A DNA stretch of 63,795 nt, the filler included, from Octopus bimaculoides (Eukaryota): NCBI RefSeq assembly GCF_001194135.2. It is 6 parts of 6 records of this genome, joined end to end, with 100 filler letters (N's around TTAATTAATTAA, not from the genome) between each part and the next. Parts side by side here need not be neighbours in the genome. Positions count along the whole stretch, not along the records: positions 24,725 to 52,677 come from NC_068985.1; 5 more parts are not named here. One strand, 5' to 3'. Of this stretch, positions 26,570-40,812 are shown piece after piece. Under the pieces are notes generated by a model. It saw only the letters and a list, made by a program, of their open reading frames with translations, did no database searches and was not told the DNA's origin. Within the stretch, counting starts at the first letter, position 1. Each line of letters opens with the position of its first letter. A program made the position numbers and the translations under genes.

Positions 26570-29500
26570 GTTCGTATGCTAATTTTTATTGTTTATTTAT
26601 TGTTCTTTTTGTGTTACTGTTTGTTTTGTTTTTTTAATAATTTACGTTCATTGTAAATTGAATTTCGTAGTAGAAGGAATATACTTGTTACAAGACAAAC
26701 ATACGAAATAGTAGATTTTCAATTAATAACAGCAACCCCTTATTTTCTATATATGATATGCCCAGTACTGGGAAGGCTATAGTTCGAATGAGTACTCAAT
26801 ACATGTGTTAGCTAGAGTGGGTATGATTATTTACTCTCCTAGGGCCTATGCTAAAACACACACACACGCAGTTTGAATCGATCAAAAACTCTAAAACTGT
26901 CAACATAAACGGGTTCAATAACGTTCATATATATATATATATATATANNNNNNNNNNNNNNNNNNNNNNNNNNNNNNNNNNNNNNNNNNNNNNNNNNNNN
27001 NNNNNNNNNNNNNNNNNNNNNNNNNNNNNNNNNNNNNNNNNNNNNNNNNNNNNNNNNNNNNNNNNNNNNNNNNNNNNNNNNNNNNNNNNNAGAGAAAAAT
27101 GAAACAAATATGGACGACTAGCTCCGAAACACCACCGAGTGGGGAACGCTTCTCAAAAATAACCTGCAGTTGTTTCCTTCAAAATTCCTACATGCTCGAA
27201 ATGTACATACATCAAGGTATATTTGTAGACAATTTCACGAAAAAATATTAATTTTCCTGGAAGTTAAGAAGAATTTAAGTGGACTCTGTTGGATTTTCCG
27301 AAAATTGTCCCCCACCCCCATTCCAAAACACTTTCACCGGAAATTTTTGTATATTCGGATTCTACATAGTAAATACTATATGCATAGAAAATTTCATTAA
27401 AAAACATTCATTTTTCTGAAAGTTATGACCTCCCAAAGTCTGGGGGGTAAAACCCTGTAGTTATGCCACCATCTAACCGTAACATTTTAGCATTGAATCT
27501 GGTTGTCATCGTGTTAAATATTATTCAATTCCCTTGTTTTTGACTATACGTGTGTATAGTTGCCGTTAGTCGACTGCTTTATAATTCATTGTTTATAATG
27601 AGTGGATGTGAACGAAGCTGAATGAACTTTGTATACGTGTGTGGGGATAATAAATGAAATATACGTAAATATACATAAAAACAAAAGGAAAAAGCAAAAA
27701 GTGTACGTTTCGTTCTAAAGATAGAATCAATCGAAGTTCGATCAGAATCTTTTCAAGAATGTGTTGATAATTAATATATCTGATCTTTTCTAAAGAAATA
27801 AAACTAAAAACGTTCCATTTTAGACATTTTCCTTTCAGTCGGTGGTTCCCAACTATTTTTCTTTGACCTACACGTCGTTAGGAAGTGTTTAATGTTCGTA
27901 CTTCATATAAAAGTAGTATCACATTTAATGATGTAAATATTTTCAGCGATCTTTTATTTTAATTAATAATACCTAAAACCACAGATCACTTTATACAGTA
28001 TTGTGAAATGCCGAAGTTCTTGGAATGCTTAATAAAACAGTTGCTTTAAAAACTTGATTGGTAATTTTTATTCTGAGAAGTTATTCTAATGATTATAAAC
28101 TCTTCTTTGTTTTACCCATTGAAATGCTCTTTCTCGTCCTTAGTGGGTGCAGACACATAAGATTGGAAACACCAGCTTTAAATTATGTGTGTGTGTATGA
28201 TCTTACTGTAAAGTAAATAAAGCTAGGTCCACCGAAAAAGTAAATGTTTATATTAGATGTAAATATGCTTTTGCGCACAACTAACGCGGACTTCTACGTG
28301 GGAATGGTTTCGTAGAAATAGCAGCCAAATCTACTTTACCATGATAAAAATAAAAAGGACATGAAATAATGTAGTCCTAGTTATATATAAAAAAAAAGAT
28401 GAGGAATGGCTTTGATAAGTCTACTCGATTAAAGTTGATCTGGGGGCTAAACATTTTCTAAAAGGTATACTAGGTGCAGGTGTTGCTGTGTAATAAGCTC
28501 GCTTCCCAACTACACGGTTCCTAGGGTCCAGTCCTACTGCATGGCACCTTGGGCAAGTGTCTTCTATAGACTCGGGTCGACCAAGGCTTTGTGAATGGAT
28601 TTGGTAAACGGAAACTGAAAGAAGACAGACCGCTAAGTTACGAGGACGTAAACACACCAACATCGGTTGTCAAGCGCTGGTGGGAGACAAACACACACAC
28701 ACATATATATGTGTGTATGTGTTTGTCTCCCACCACCGCTTGACAACCTGTGTTGGTGTGTTTACGTCCTCGTAACTTAGGGGTTCGGCAAAAGGAATCG
28801 ATAGAATAAGTACCGGGCTTTAAAAAGAATAAGTACTAGGCTCGATTCATTCGACTAAAGATTCTTGAAGGCAGTGCCCCAGCATGGCCGCAGTCAAATG
28901 ACTGAAACAAATAAAAGATAACGATTCTCATAGAAATCATAGGCATCTTAAAGCGCCCTTCATTAATTATTATATAACAGTGAATATCATACTATATAAT
29001 GCATAATATATTACCTAATTAATACTCCTGTAAGTGACCAGTTGATCTTAGTTGTTAAATCATATTATTAATTAAGCTCAAATTAAGTCACCATGAGTGT
29101 AATCCCAATTGAACTATTAACCCTTACTGACTGAGCTTCATTGTTCATAAACGTTTTTTATGCCAACCCACCTGAGACTGCCCTTGGTTCTCCGATACAA
29201 ACTTACAGTCTTCAATGTTGATTTATGTTCCATACTCAAAGTTATTTTAGTAAGTTCTTCATCATTTTCAAAATTAATTGAGATGAAATATCTTTCAACA
29301 AAAATTTGGTAATGCAACGGATGTGTTTTTCTTTTGTTTTTTATTTTGGTGATCTAAAAATTGTAACTGATATGTTACACTTCACTAACTTGAAAAGACC
29401 TGGAAGAAATTGTGTCTTCATGTCTGGTTCATTGTGAGCATGTATTGGAATCACTAACATTATTACCATTATTTCCAACACACCTTCACAACACCTAGAT

Positions 29501-29604
29501 GCCTGGGTTGGGCAAGTGTATCTATTATAACCTTTAGCTGACCAATGTTTTGCAAATGAATTTGTTAGACTGAAACTGTAGGAAGCCTGTTATATATATG
29601 GCAG

Positions 29605-29822
29605 TGGGGTGGTGGTGCTGAAAAGTTCCTGGTTTTGGGTAAAAAAAAAATACAAGAGGATCAGTTAATTATGATTTTATTCAACGTATTCTCCTCTCAG
29701 ATTCACCTGCATACTGCAGCCATCCTTCAGTTATTCTAAGCCCTGTAAAAGAAATGGGATGGTTGGTCCTCCAACCAGACTTTTCATGACACCCTTAAAG
29801 CCAAGAACTTTTCTTCTTCCCG
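29605..29822. mobile_element. Mariner-derived MITE (about 220 bp)
   Basis: Imperfect TIRs: GTGCTGAAAAGTTCCTGGTTTTGGGT and ACCCTTAAAGCCAAGAACTTTTC. Confidence 0.55.
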
Positions 29823-29841
29823 CTTATGTGTATGTGTGTGT

Positions 29842-30817
29842 CATCATCATCATCATCATTGTTTAACGTACGCTTTCCATGCTGGCATGGGTTGGACGAT
29901 TTGAGTGAGGACTGGCGAGCTAGAAGGCTGCACCATGCTCCACTCTGATCTGATGAAGTTTCTACAGCTGGATGCCCTTCCTAACACCGAGCACTCTGAG
30001 AGTGTAGTGGGTGCTTTTACGTACCACTGGCACAAGGGCCAGTCAGGCGGTACTGCCAACAACCACCCTCAAATGGTGCTTTTTACAGGCCAGTCTGGTT
30101 GCACTGGCAATAACCATGCTCAAATGTTGTTTTTCATGTGCTAGTCAGGCGACACTGGCAACAATCACGCTTGAATGGTGCTTTTTACATACCACTGGCA
30201 CAGGAGCCAGTCAGCAGCCCTGGCAATGATCACGCTCGGTTGGTGCTTTTAACGTTCCACTGGCATGGGTGCCAATCAGGCGGTACTGTCATCGGCCACA
30301 TCAGCGATATTGATTTCACTTACCTCAACAGGTCTTCGCAAGCAAAGTTTATTGTCCAATGAATGAAGGGTACTCATAAGAGGGCTGGTTATACACTACT
30401 GGCATAGGCCACGGGTTATGGTCTCACTTGGCTTGCTGGGTTTTCTCAAGCATAGCATATCTCCAAAGGCCTCGGTCACTAGTCATTGCCTCAGTGAAGT
30501 CCAATGTTCAAAGGTCGTGCTTTTCCACCTCATTCCAGGTCTTCCTGGGTCTGCCTCTTCCACAGGTTCTCTCAATTTCTAGGGTGTGACACTTTTTCAC
30601 GCAGCTGTCCTCATCCATTCACACCACATGACCATCTCAGCACAGTCATCTCTCTTGCACACATCTGATGCTTCATAAGTCCAACTTTTCTCTCAGGGCA
30701 CTTACACTCTGTCGTGTATGCACACTGACATTACATATCCATCAGAGCATACTGGCTTCATTCTTTGCAAGCTTAGTCATGTCACAACCCATGTTTCACT
30801 GCCATGAAGCATGGCTG

Positions 30818-30854
<37 letters not shown>

Positions 30855-32425
30855 CTGTCCTCGTCCATACATAACACATGACCATACCAGCACAGACATC
30901 TCTCTTGCACACCAGACTAGATGCTTCTTATGTCCAACTTTTCTCTCAGGGCACTTACACTCTGTTGTGTATGCACACTGACATTACTCATCCAGCAGAT
31001 CATACTAGCTTCATTTCTTTCAAGCATATGCATGTCTTCAGCAGTCATGGCCCATGTTTCACTGCCGTGTAGCATGGCAGTTTGCACACGTGCATCATAC
31101 AGTCTACCTTTCATCCTTAGTGAGAGTCCCTTAGTTGCCAGCAGAGGTAGGAGCTCCCTAAACTTAGCCCAGGCTATTTTTATTGTAGCCGCTACACTTT
31201 CAGAGCAACCACCCACACTACAGACTTGGTCGCCTAGGTAGCAGAAGCTATTAACTACTTCTAGTTTTTCCCTCTTGTATGTGATGGAATCTGTTTTCTG
31301 TACATCTTCATTGTTTATTGCCCCTGTGCATCTGCCACACACAAAAACTATCTTCCCGGTTAACCTTCCTTTGATGTTGCTGCACTTTTTATGTGTCCAT
31401 AGCTTACAACAGGTACATCATATGGAGTTTCTACCCAAACCTTCTCTACAGATCAAGCCGGGCCATCTACCTGAAGAGGTTTGTTTTTTGTCAGCCTTCC
31501 TACTTACTAAGACTGTGGTTTTTGCTAGGTTAACCCTAAGGTCCTTTGATTGTAAATCTTGCTACCAGGCCCTAAACTTCGTCTCTAGTTCTGGCAGTGA
31601 CTCGGCTATTAGAACAAGGTCATCAGCACAGAGGAGCTCCCAGGGGCAGCCTGTCTTGAATTCCTCTTTTATTGCCTGGAGGACTATAATGAATAAGAGG
31701 GGGCTGAGGATTGATCCTTGGTGAATCCCTACTTCTACCCGGAATTCTTCACTATATTCATTGCCAACCCTCATCTTACTGATAGCATCCCTGTACAGGG
31801 CTTGTACAGCTCTTAACAACTACTCATCTATCCCCAATTTCTGCATTGACCACTAGATAAGGGATTGGGTAACCCTGTCAAAGGCTTTCTCCATGTCAAC
31901 AAAAGCCAAGTACAGAGGTTTATCTTTGGTTAGATTTTTCTCCTGCTGTTGCTTTCCAGAAATATGGCATCAGTAGTGCTTCTGCCTGGCACAAAACCAC
32001 ACTGAATCTCATCTCGGCTAACTCTCTCCCTAATTAGTTGGGCTATGACCCTCTCTGTAACTTTCATCACCTGATCCAATAATTTGATACCCCTGTAGTT
32101 ATTTTTATCTAAAGCATCACCTTTACCTTTGTAGTTGACTATGGTGCTGCTACACCAGTTGTTGGGTTTGATTACTTCATGAACTACCTGACTTACGATG
32201 CAGGTGACAAGACCACAACCCACACTGTCTGATATTTTAAGCATCTCAGCGATGATTCTTGATGGGCCAAGTGCTTTCCCTGTCTTCATATCCTTAATTG
32301 CTTTATCTACCAGGGTACTGTCAAATTCGAGTAGCTGGTCCCTCAGTTGGGTCAACCTTTAGCAGACTCTCCTCCTATTCATTCTCTACATTCAGCAGTC
32401 TTTCATAATGGCATCTCCATATTTA
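29842..32425 (-). mobile_element. 5'-truncated RTE-clade LINE, apparently two fused copies, with 3' UTR and (ATG)n tail
   Basis: RT motifs KGKGDALDKNNYRGIKLL, QCGFVPGRSTTDAIF, GIHQGSILSPLLF, LCADDLVL, FCYLGD, LHGSETW across frameshifted ORFs 31930-32355, 31562-31819 and 30917-31342. (CAT)n tail at 29842-29859. Confidence 0.9.
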
Positions 32426-33706
32426 ACAAAAGTTAAATGATGATGATGATGTGTGTGTGTGTGTGTGTACGTATATTTGAGTGCACGCATTCCAATGTGT
32501 GTGAATATAAAACAGATGAGGTTCAGTGACAGAAAGAACATCTAGCTGTAAAATCTTGCTTCAAATATGTTTCTGTCCAATCTCTGCTAGCATGGAAAAA
32601 TAGATGTGAAAACAACAAACAGTAAATACTGTGTTATAGTGCATTTTTTCTGTATGTGGTGTTCTTTCCTAACTGAAATCTGTCTCCTACATTTCTCTAC
32701 TAGTTAGAGTTTGCCATTTCAGATTTGCAATTCTTTTCTTGAGAGGGACCAACTGCCTCCCATTTGAGAACAGTTGTAAAGTAGTTGGCAGTAAGAAGGG
32801 TATCTAGCTGTGAAAGGAAACATATGAGTGAGAAGTGGTATCTCTATCCATCTTAGGAAATACTAACTCTGGATAAGAACTGGCTTGTACTGTGATAACC
32901 TACGCCAGTAGGGAAAGCAGAATTAAAAGGATAGTGATTGTGTATCTCGGTAGACATAGTTAATTTAACATATATATAGTCTATGTGGCATCCATATGAT
33001 AAACTAGATTAGAAGTCATGATGTCATTTTTTTTTAACTGATATATATTGGTTTGGCCAAAGTTGGTTAGTCTATCAATGTCCCTTTTGATACTAGCAGT
33101 ACCTTGTTTAGTATGGTGAGGCCTTAAGTGATAAAGTGATCGGTGTTAGGAAAGGCACCCACCTGCAGAAACCATGCCAAAGTTAGAACATATGAACTTG
33201 ATGTGATCCTGCAATCCCCACTCAGGAGGACAGCAACTAGATAAACTAGATCTGACTCAGACTGTGATAACTTCTCTAACCCATGCCAACAGACATAAAA
33301 TGAAAATAGACATAAAATGAAAATGAGAAAATAAAAATAAAGGTAATGATTATGATGATGATGATGATTGTTCTATATAAAAACAAGGACAATTAATTTA
33401 ACATATGTGGTCTATGACCTGTTACTCTGATAATCTAGATTTTTAAATTTGCAGTAATGAAGTCATATTTATCAACTGATATGTCAGGTTGGTCAAAGTG
33501 GTATGGTCTATCAGAATGCTTTTGATACTGGTGGTGAGGGATTTTGACTTAACTATATAAATCATGGTGGTTCCTTGTTAAAAAATTATATTAGAAGCTT
33601 TAAAAAAAAACTGTATATCAATGTATCTATCTATGTACCACTCTTAAGTTACCTCTTCAAATCTTCTATAGAATTTAGAGCTAACACTGAAAGTTACCAT
33701 ATTTTA

Positions 33707-34204
33707 TATACAAATACATCTATGTAAACAAGGCAATTGAAGATCGAAAAATAGATAATGGGTGTATATAGATATCTCAGAAGTTATTGCTCCTTCTTCA
33801 GTACTACATCCAACCCATTAACTATCCACGAACAAATTGCTTAAATACCCACTAAGTTTAGAGGTGTAACACTAATGAACAGACCAATTTACATATTAAA
33901 CACACTCCTGGCAACTGGTATGTATGTATTAATTACTGGTAGGGACACCATATTTCATTTTGCAACCATGGTATACTACCGAGTATATTAAAAATTTATA
34001 TGTAAATATGTTTGATTTGTACATTGGTCTATCCATTAGTGTTACAATGCTAAACTTAGTAGGTGTTTAAACAATGTGTTCATGGATAGTTAATGGGTTG
34101 GATGAGGTGCTGAAGGAGGAGCAATAACTCCTGAAATATGTATATACACCCATTACCTATTTTTCTATCTTCTATTACATTGTTTACATAGATGTATTTG
34201 TATA
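33707..34204. repeat. Foldback element: 187-bp inverted arms, about 125-bp spacer
   Basis: 33707-33893 is the reverse complement of 34018-34204, roughly 85% identical by eye. Confidence 0.85.
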
Positions 34205-37200
34205 CAAAACATTGTAAATTATGGTTGGCTTCTTTCACTTTCCAACTACCAAATGCACTCAAGGCTTTGGTAGGCCTATGGCTACTATAGACACAATCAA
34301 AGTTACACACAATAGGACTGAACCCAAAGCCATATGGTTGGGAAGCAAACTTCTTATTACACAGCCATACCTACACCTATAGTTGATTAGATCAATGTCT
34401 GGTCTTATCTGCTATTTATATTATGAATCCTGGAAGGATGAAAGAGGCAAAATCAACCTCAGCATGGTTTGAACTCAGAATATAAAGAAATATAACTAAA
34501 TACCCGAAGACATTCACAGGAAAAACAGAATTGCTTAAAATATTCATAGTGTGTTGAATAAAATGTTTCTTTGTTGTATGTTTAAAATAGTTTTTTTTTT
34601 GTGGTTTGCTTAGAAGAGTAAAAGCAGTACTTATAACTCTTTTTATGGAAGGAATGATGTTAAACTTAAAAGAGAGTCCCATTTTGACTCTTGTAACAGA
34701 CTGGACTCTGCTAAAGACACCCAAGGGCTATGTGGCAGGTATCAGATCAGACAACAGATTTAATCTGTCAGTAGTTTAAACCAGGCATTGTTATTATTAT
34801 ATTTCTATTGAAATATACTATCTTTGTTCAAAGTAATTTTGGAAGTAATGAAGAATTTAATAGAATAACTTTGTCTCATTATTAAGCTGGTGTTTGGAAT
34901 ATAAATTAACTTGAAATTTTCTTGGGAAGTTTTAATTTAGATCACTTTAAAACAGAAAGGGTATAGCTAACACTTGGGTTGGTCTTAGGCAGATTGGTAT
35001 TAAAAATTTTGAGTCTATGAAAGTAATTTTCTCTTGTGTCCTTGTAGATGCCTGCAATTTTTTCATGTCCAGCTTGATCCATGAAAGTTATAGAAATTCT
35101 AGAGGTCTTTGTCTTGTGGGCTTATGGGTGCTGGTGCCATGTAAAAAGCACCCATTTTGATGTCATGTAAAAAGCACCCATGCCAATTCCATGTAAGAGG
35201 TACTTGTGCCAGTGTCACATACAAAAGCACTTGTACCAGTGCCATGTTAAATAGCATCTGTGCTGGTTCCATGTAAGAAGCACTTGTGCCAGTCCTGCAT
35301 AGAAAGCACCTGTACTGGTGCCATGTGAAAAATACCTGTGCTGGTGCAATGTATGAAGCGTCTGTGCTGGTGTCATGTAAGAAGCACCTGGTACACTCTG
35401 TAAAGTGGATGGCATTAGGAAGGGCATTGAGCTGTAGAAACCATGCCAAAACAAACACTTAAGGTAAAGAAAGGTAAAGTTACCTTCTTGAGTCATGCTG
35501 ACTCGTAAGGGCTGGTTTCCCTGTTTCATGGTGCATGAATTCCCTACCTGGATGGTACACCAGTCTGTTGCAGGATTACTCATTTTTGCCAGCTGAGTGG
35601 ACTGGAGCAACATGAAATGAAGTGTTTTGTTCAAGAACACAATGTGTTGCCCGTTTCTGGAATCGAACCCACAATCTTACAATCATAAGTTCAAGACCCT
35701 AACCACTAAGCCATGCACTTCCACAAAACAGACAAAACGGCCACCTCTAGTCAAACCGTCCAACCTATGCCAGCATGGAAAATTGATATTAAATGATGAT
35801 GATGATGAGTTCAGATTGGACATTATCAACACTAATTTCACCTAATTATCTTTGTTCGTTTGTGTAGATGAATCTGTAATGTGTGTAAGTTTGACTTCCT
35901 TATTTTAACCAATGACAACAAAGGTAACACATTCTGCTATTATTTTGTTTGGATCTTCAAAGATAACAATATCATGTGAACCGATTATATTTGTTTATTG
36001 CATCTATTTATAAATATAAACTTAGAAACAAAGGTCGTGGTTTCAAGATGTTAGACTAATTGCTCCCTTAATCATAAGTTTCAAGCACTTCTATCAGAAC
36101 CATTCTGTTAATTTATAAAATCATTTATCTTATCTTCAGTTGTTTAAACCAGGCCTAAGGGGCTAATGAGTGCTTCTGCTTCATTATCATCATCATCTTC
36201 ATCATCATCATCATTCTTTCTCTTCTCCTGTTCTACTTTGCCTTTTCCTCGTCTTTCTTGCTTTTCCCGCTTTGCCCTCCTCTCCTTTCCCTTCCTCTCC
36301 TTTGCTATTCCCCACCCCTTCTTTCTCCAATTTATTTCTCTCACCTCACTTTTTTTCCCCATCGTCATATTTGTCTAGTTGTAGGACTATATGTTATTTG
36401 ATACTTGTGCACTACATTAACCCTCTTGGGACACCCAGGCTAAGTGATCGGCCTATGTGATATAAGCTGAAAGGACGTTGAGACCGATCCATTGGCCCAA
36501 TGGGGCAAATGTTGTCAATGTTTGGTTTTGAAGTGTAATAGCTAATCAGAGATTGTCTTTCAGTATATGTATCTCAATAGAAACAAAAATTCTGTTCTTT
36601 TTGTCTACACAAACCAAAATGTGAACCAAAAAGAGGTTAAAGAGCAGGGTGTGTGTGTGTGTGTGAGAGAGAGAGAAAAAGTTGATGTTTAGTCTCAGAT
36701 CATCTCTGATCAAATAGACCCATTCCAGTCATGACCATCTAGCCTATTTTTTTCTTTCAGTCTATGTGTGCCTGGGACACATAGACTGAATGTCAAGCAG
36801 TAGTGGAGGACAAATACAGACACAAAGGCACATACAATAAGCTTCATACAGTTTCTGTCTCCCAAATCCCCTCTCAAAGCTTTGGTTGGCTTGAGGCTTT
36901 AAAAGAAGACACTTGTCCAAGGTGCCACACAGTGGGACTGAACTTGGAACCATGTGATTGGGAAGTAAGCTTCTTACCACTAAGCCACATCTGTGTCTAT
37001 AAAAGTGAAATGCTTACTGTACCTAAGTTCCCGAAGTGGTAACTCAAGTCTACCAAATCCACTCACAAGGCTTTGGTCAGCCTAAGGCTGTGGTAGAAGT
37101 TGCTTGTCCAGGGTGGCATGCAGTGGAGTTGAATCCAGAACCATGTGATCACACTACTTTAATAATTGTAATTAGAAATCTATTGTGGTCCTCCTACGAG

Positions 37201-37408
37201 TAAAGATAGCTGATTAATCTACCATAGTGTTAAAAAACAAATATAAAATACAATGTTTTTTTTTTCATATGACAATGATTTGGAAACAGTCTAATATTGC
37301 AGAGTGCTGCTTCTGGTATTACTTTGTTTTAATGCACTTAATGTTTGATGTCTTAATCTAATGCTAATGGATATTGCAACAAAATGTCTTGTTTCCTCAG
37401 ATGAAACA

Positions 37409-37452
<44 letters not shown>

Positions 37453-38415
37453 AAATAAATGAATAAATAAATATATAAAATTAGAAGAAATAGTCTGGTT
37501 TCTTCTAGTTGGTGTTGTAACAGGTTGAAGTTTCCTCGTCCTCCACAGATTAGTTGGATGATGGGGCTGCCATCCTGGTGTAGGCAAATTGGCAGAGTTG
37601 TTAGGATATTGAATAGAATGTCTCAGAATTTGTTCTGTCTCTCCGAATTCCAAATTCAAATCCCACTGAACTCAGCTTTGCTTTCCATTTTATGGGATTA
37701 ATAAAAACAAAAAAGAAAGTACTAATCCATGATGGTGTGATGGCGGAACTATCAGAAAATCAAATCAGACTGCATACTTTGTGGTATTTGTTCCACATCT
37801 TTACGTTTTGAGTTCAAATCCCAGCATAGCCTGATTGGGTGGTAGAGTTCATCCATTATCCAGGTTAACACATCATTCACTGGCATGTTGGACAACATCA
37901 GCAGACTCCTCAGACCTCATTTTGAGGATACCATTTCAATCCTTTATCCTTCCCACTAGTCTTGGAGGTCCTATAAAGGGTCATGTGCATTATCTCTCCT
38001 CTTGACTAACAAAAAAAAAAAAAAAAAAAANNNNNNNNNNNNNNNNNNNNNNNNNNNNNNNNNNNNNNNNNNNNNNNNNNNNNNNNNNNNNNNNNNNNNN
38101 NNNNNNNNNNNNNNNNNNNNNNNNNNNNNNNNNNNNNNNNNNNNNNNNNNNNNNNNNNNNNNNNNNNNNNNNNNNNNNNNNNNNNNNNNNNNNNNNNNNN
38201 NNNNNNNNNNNNNNNNNNNNNNNNNNNNNNNNNNNNNNNNNNNNNNNNNNNNNNNNNNNNNNNNNNNNNNNNNNNNNNNNNNNNNNNNNNNNNNNNNNNN
38301 NNNNNNNNNNNNNNNNNNNNNNNNNNNNNNNNNNNNNNNNNNNNNNNNNNNNNNNNNNNNNNNNNNNNNNNNNNNNNNNNNNNNNNNNNNNNNNNNNNNN
38401 NNNNNNNNNNNNNNN

Positions 38416-38461
<46 letters not shown>

Positions 38462-39640
38462 ATAAACTAATAAAGTTGAAGAGACATAAAGACCAAGTAT
38501 AGCTCTATAAAAAGAACTTTGCTTCACAACCACATAGTTTCAGATTCAGTCCCACTGTGTAGTGCCTTCTACTAAAGCCCCAGGCTAAGTAAAGTGATGG
38601 TGTTTGAATGTTTACACTGTATACTATGTTGATTTGTATGCCAGAAAATAAGGCACTCTTTACATCACATTACTCACATTTCTCACTTGCATATCAGCAA
38701 CAAATCCTTCCAGTAGTTCTGGCTTAATGTCCCTCTTCTCCATACCTTAAGGTTCAATTACTCTCTAAACTCCCTCAACTACACAGCTGTAACAGTCTTA
38801 GTGCTACACACACCAATAACAAAGACAACACCACCCTAAAACATTTGGTTGATTGTCAAAGACTTACTCACTAAAAGTGAAGGCATGTAGCTTAGTGGTT
38901 AGGGTATTTGGCTCACGATTGTAAGGTTGTGAGTTCAATTCCCAGCAACACATTGTGTCCTTGAGCAAGACACTTTTTTTCTTGATGCTCCATTCCACTC
39001 AGCTGGCAAAAATGAGTAGTACCTGTACTTCAAAAGGCCAGCCTTATCACAGTATGTGTCATGCTGAATCTCCCTGAGAACTACGTTAAGGATACACATG
39101 TTTGTGAAGTGCTCAGCCACATGCACATTAATTTCACAAGCCGGCTGTTCTGTTGACCTGATCAACAGGAACCCATTAAAATGCTAGAAACATTCTCACT
39201 GGCATACATCTTGTTTCTGCTTTCTTGTTAGAATTGTTAGTGTGCCTTTATTAGTTCTAAGTTCAAAGCCCATTCAGGTTGACTTAAAACAACAGTCAGG
39301 TACTGGGTCAGTTTAATATTCCTATAAAGTATTTTGTCTCAGTTTTTGAGCTGAACAATTATCATTATTATGAACTGATATCTAAAACTGCAGCTCCCTG
39401 GAATTCTCTTCTTTGTCCACATTTTTCTACAGGAATCACTCTGAATATCAGCTGCATGAACCTCACTACACGGTATAGGACTGAAAATGTCTTAGAGTTT
39501 TCTCTACAACCTTCTCTGATTAAAACAGAAATTAAAAAAAAAACACAAACAAAAGAAACACCATAACATTCTAATAAACAACTTACCATAGTAGTGTGTG
39601 TGTGTGTGCATGTGTGTGTGTGTATATATATATATGTCAA

Positions 39641-40518
39641 TTGGAAATATGCTGTGCGTGAGAAGACCCAGCAAGCCAAGTGAAACCTAAATCTAAGGCC
39701 TCAGCCAGTCCACTTATGCGTACCTTCCTTCATTGGACACTAAACTCCACTTGCGAAGATCTGTTGAGGCAAGTGAAATCGAAATCGAGTTAAATTGGAC
39801 ACTAAACTCCACTTGCGAAGACCTGTTGAGGCAAGTGAAATCAAAATCGAGTTAAATTCGATGACTAGTACCCATGCCAATGTTGTCTCAAGTTAAATCG
39901 AAATTGAGTAAATTGGACACTAAACTCCTTGCGAAGACCTGTTGAGGCAAGTGAAATCGAAATCGAGTTAAATTCGACGACTGGCACCCATGCCAACGTC
40001 GTCTCCTTCATTGGACACGAAACTCAGCTTGCGAAGACTTATTGGGGCAAGCGAAAGCGAAATCGTGATGGCACCTGTGTCCAGCATTGCCTTACTGGCA
40101 CTTGTGCCTGTGGCATATGTAAGGACTTTCGAGAGAGATCGTTGCCAGTTCCCCTGGACTGGCTCCTGTACGGGTGGCACATAAAATACACCATTTTGAG
40201 CGTGGCCGTTGCCAGTACCGCCTGACTGGCCTTCATGCTGGTGGCATGTAAAAGCACCCACTACACTCTATGAGTGGTCGGCGTTTTGGAAGGGCATCCA
40301 GCTGTAGAAACTCTGCCAATTGGAAATATGCTGTGCGTGAGAAGACCCGGCAAGCCAAGTGAGACCTAAATCTAAGGCCTCAGCCAGTCCACTTATGCGT
40401 ACCTTCCTTCATTGGACACTAACTCCACTTGCGAAGACCTGTTGAGGCAAGTGAAATCGAAATTGAGTTAAATTGGACACAAAACTCCTTGCGAAGACCT
40501 GTTGAGGCAAGTGAAATC
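39641..40518 (+). mobile_element. Tandemly repeated RTE 3' end (about 680-bp unit with about 60-bp internal repeats)
   Basis: TTGGAAATATGCTGTGCGTGAGAAGACCC recurs at about 39641 and 40320 and is homologous to the ORF end of the RTE at about 30300-30470. Runs into a gap. Confidence 0.75.
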
Positions 40519-40812
40519 NNNNNNNNNNNNNNNNNNNNNNNNNNNNNNNNNNNNNNNNNNNNNNNNNNNNNNNNNNNNNNNNNNNNNNNNNNNNNNNNNN
40601 NNNNNNNNNNNNNNNNNNNNNNNNNNNNNNNNNNNNNNNNNNNNNNNNNNNNNNNNNNNNNNNNNNNNNNNNNNNNNNNNGAGTAGTTTCATTCCAGAAT
40701 GAAACTACTCTTCAAATATTGTTCTCTCTTTTTTCAGCACATCACACTCTTTACCACTTCATACTAAAAATATCCGCCTATGGATATAATAATAGATAAC
40801 TTTATTTTTTCT

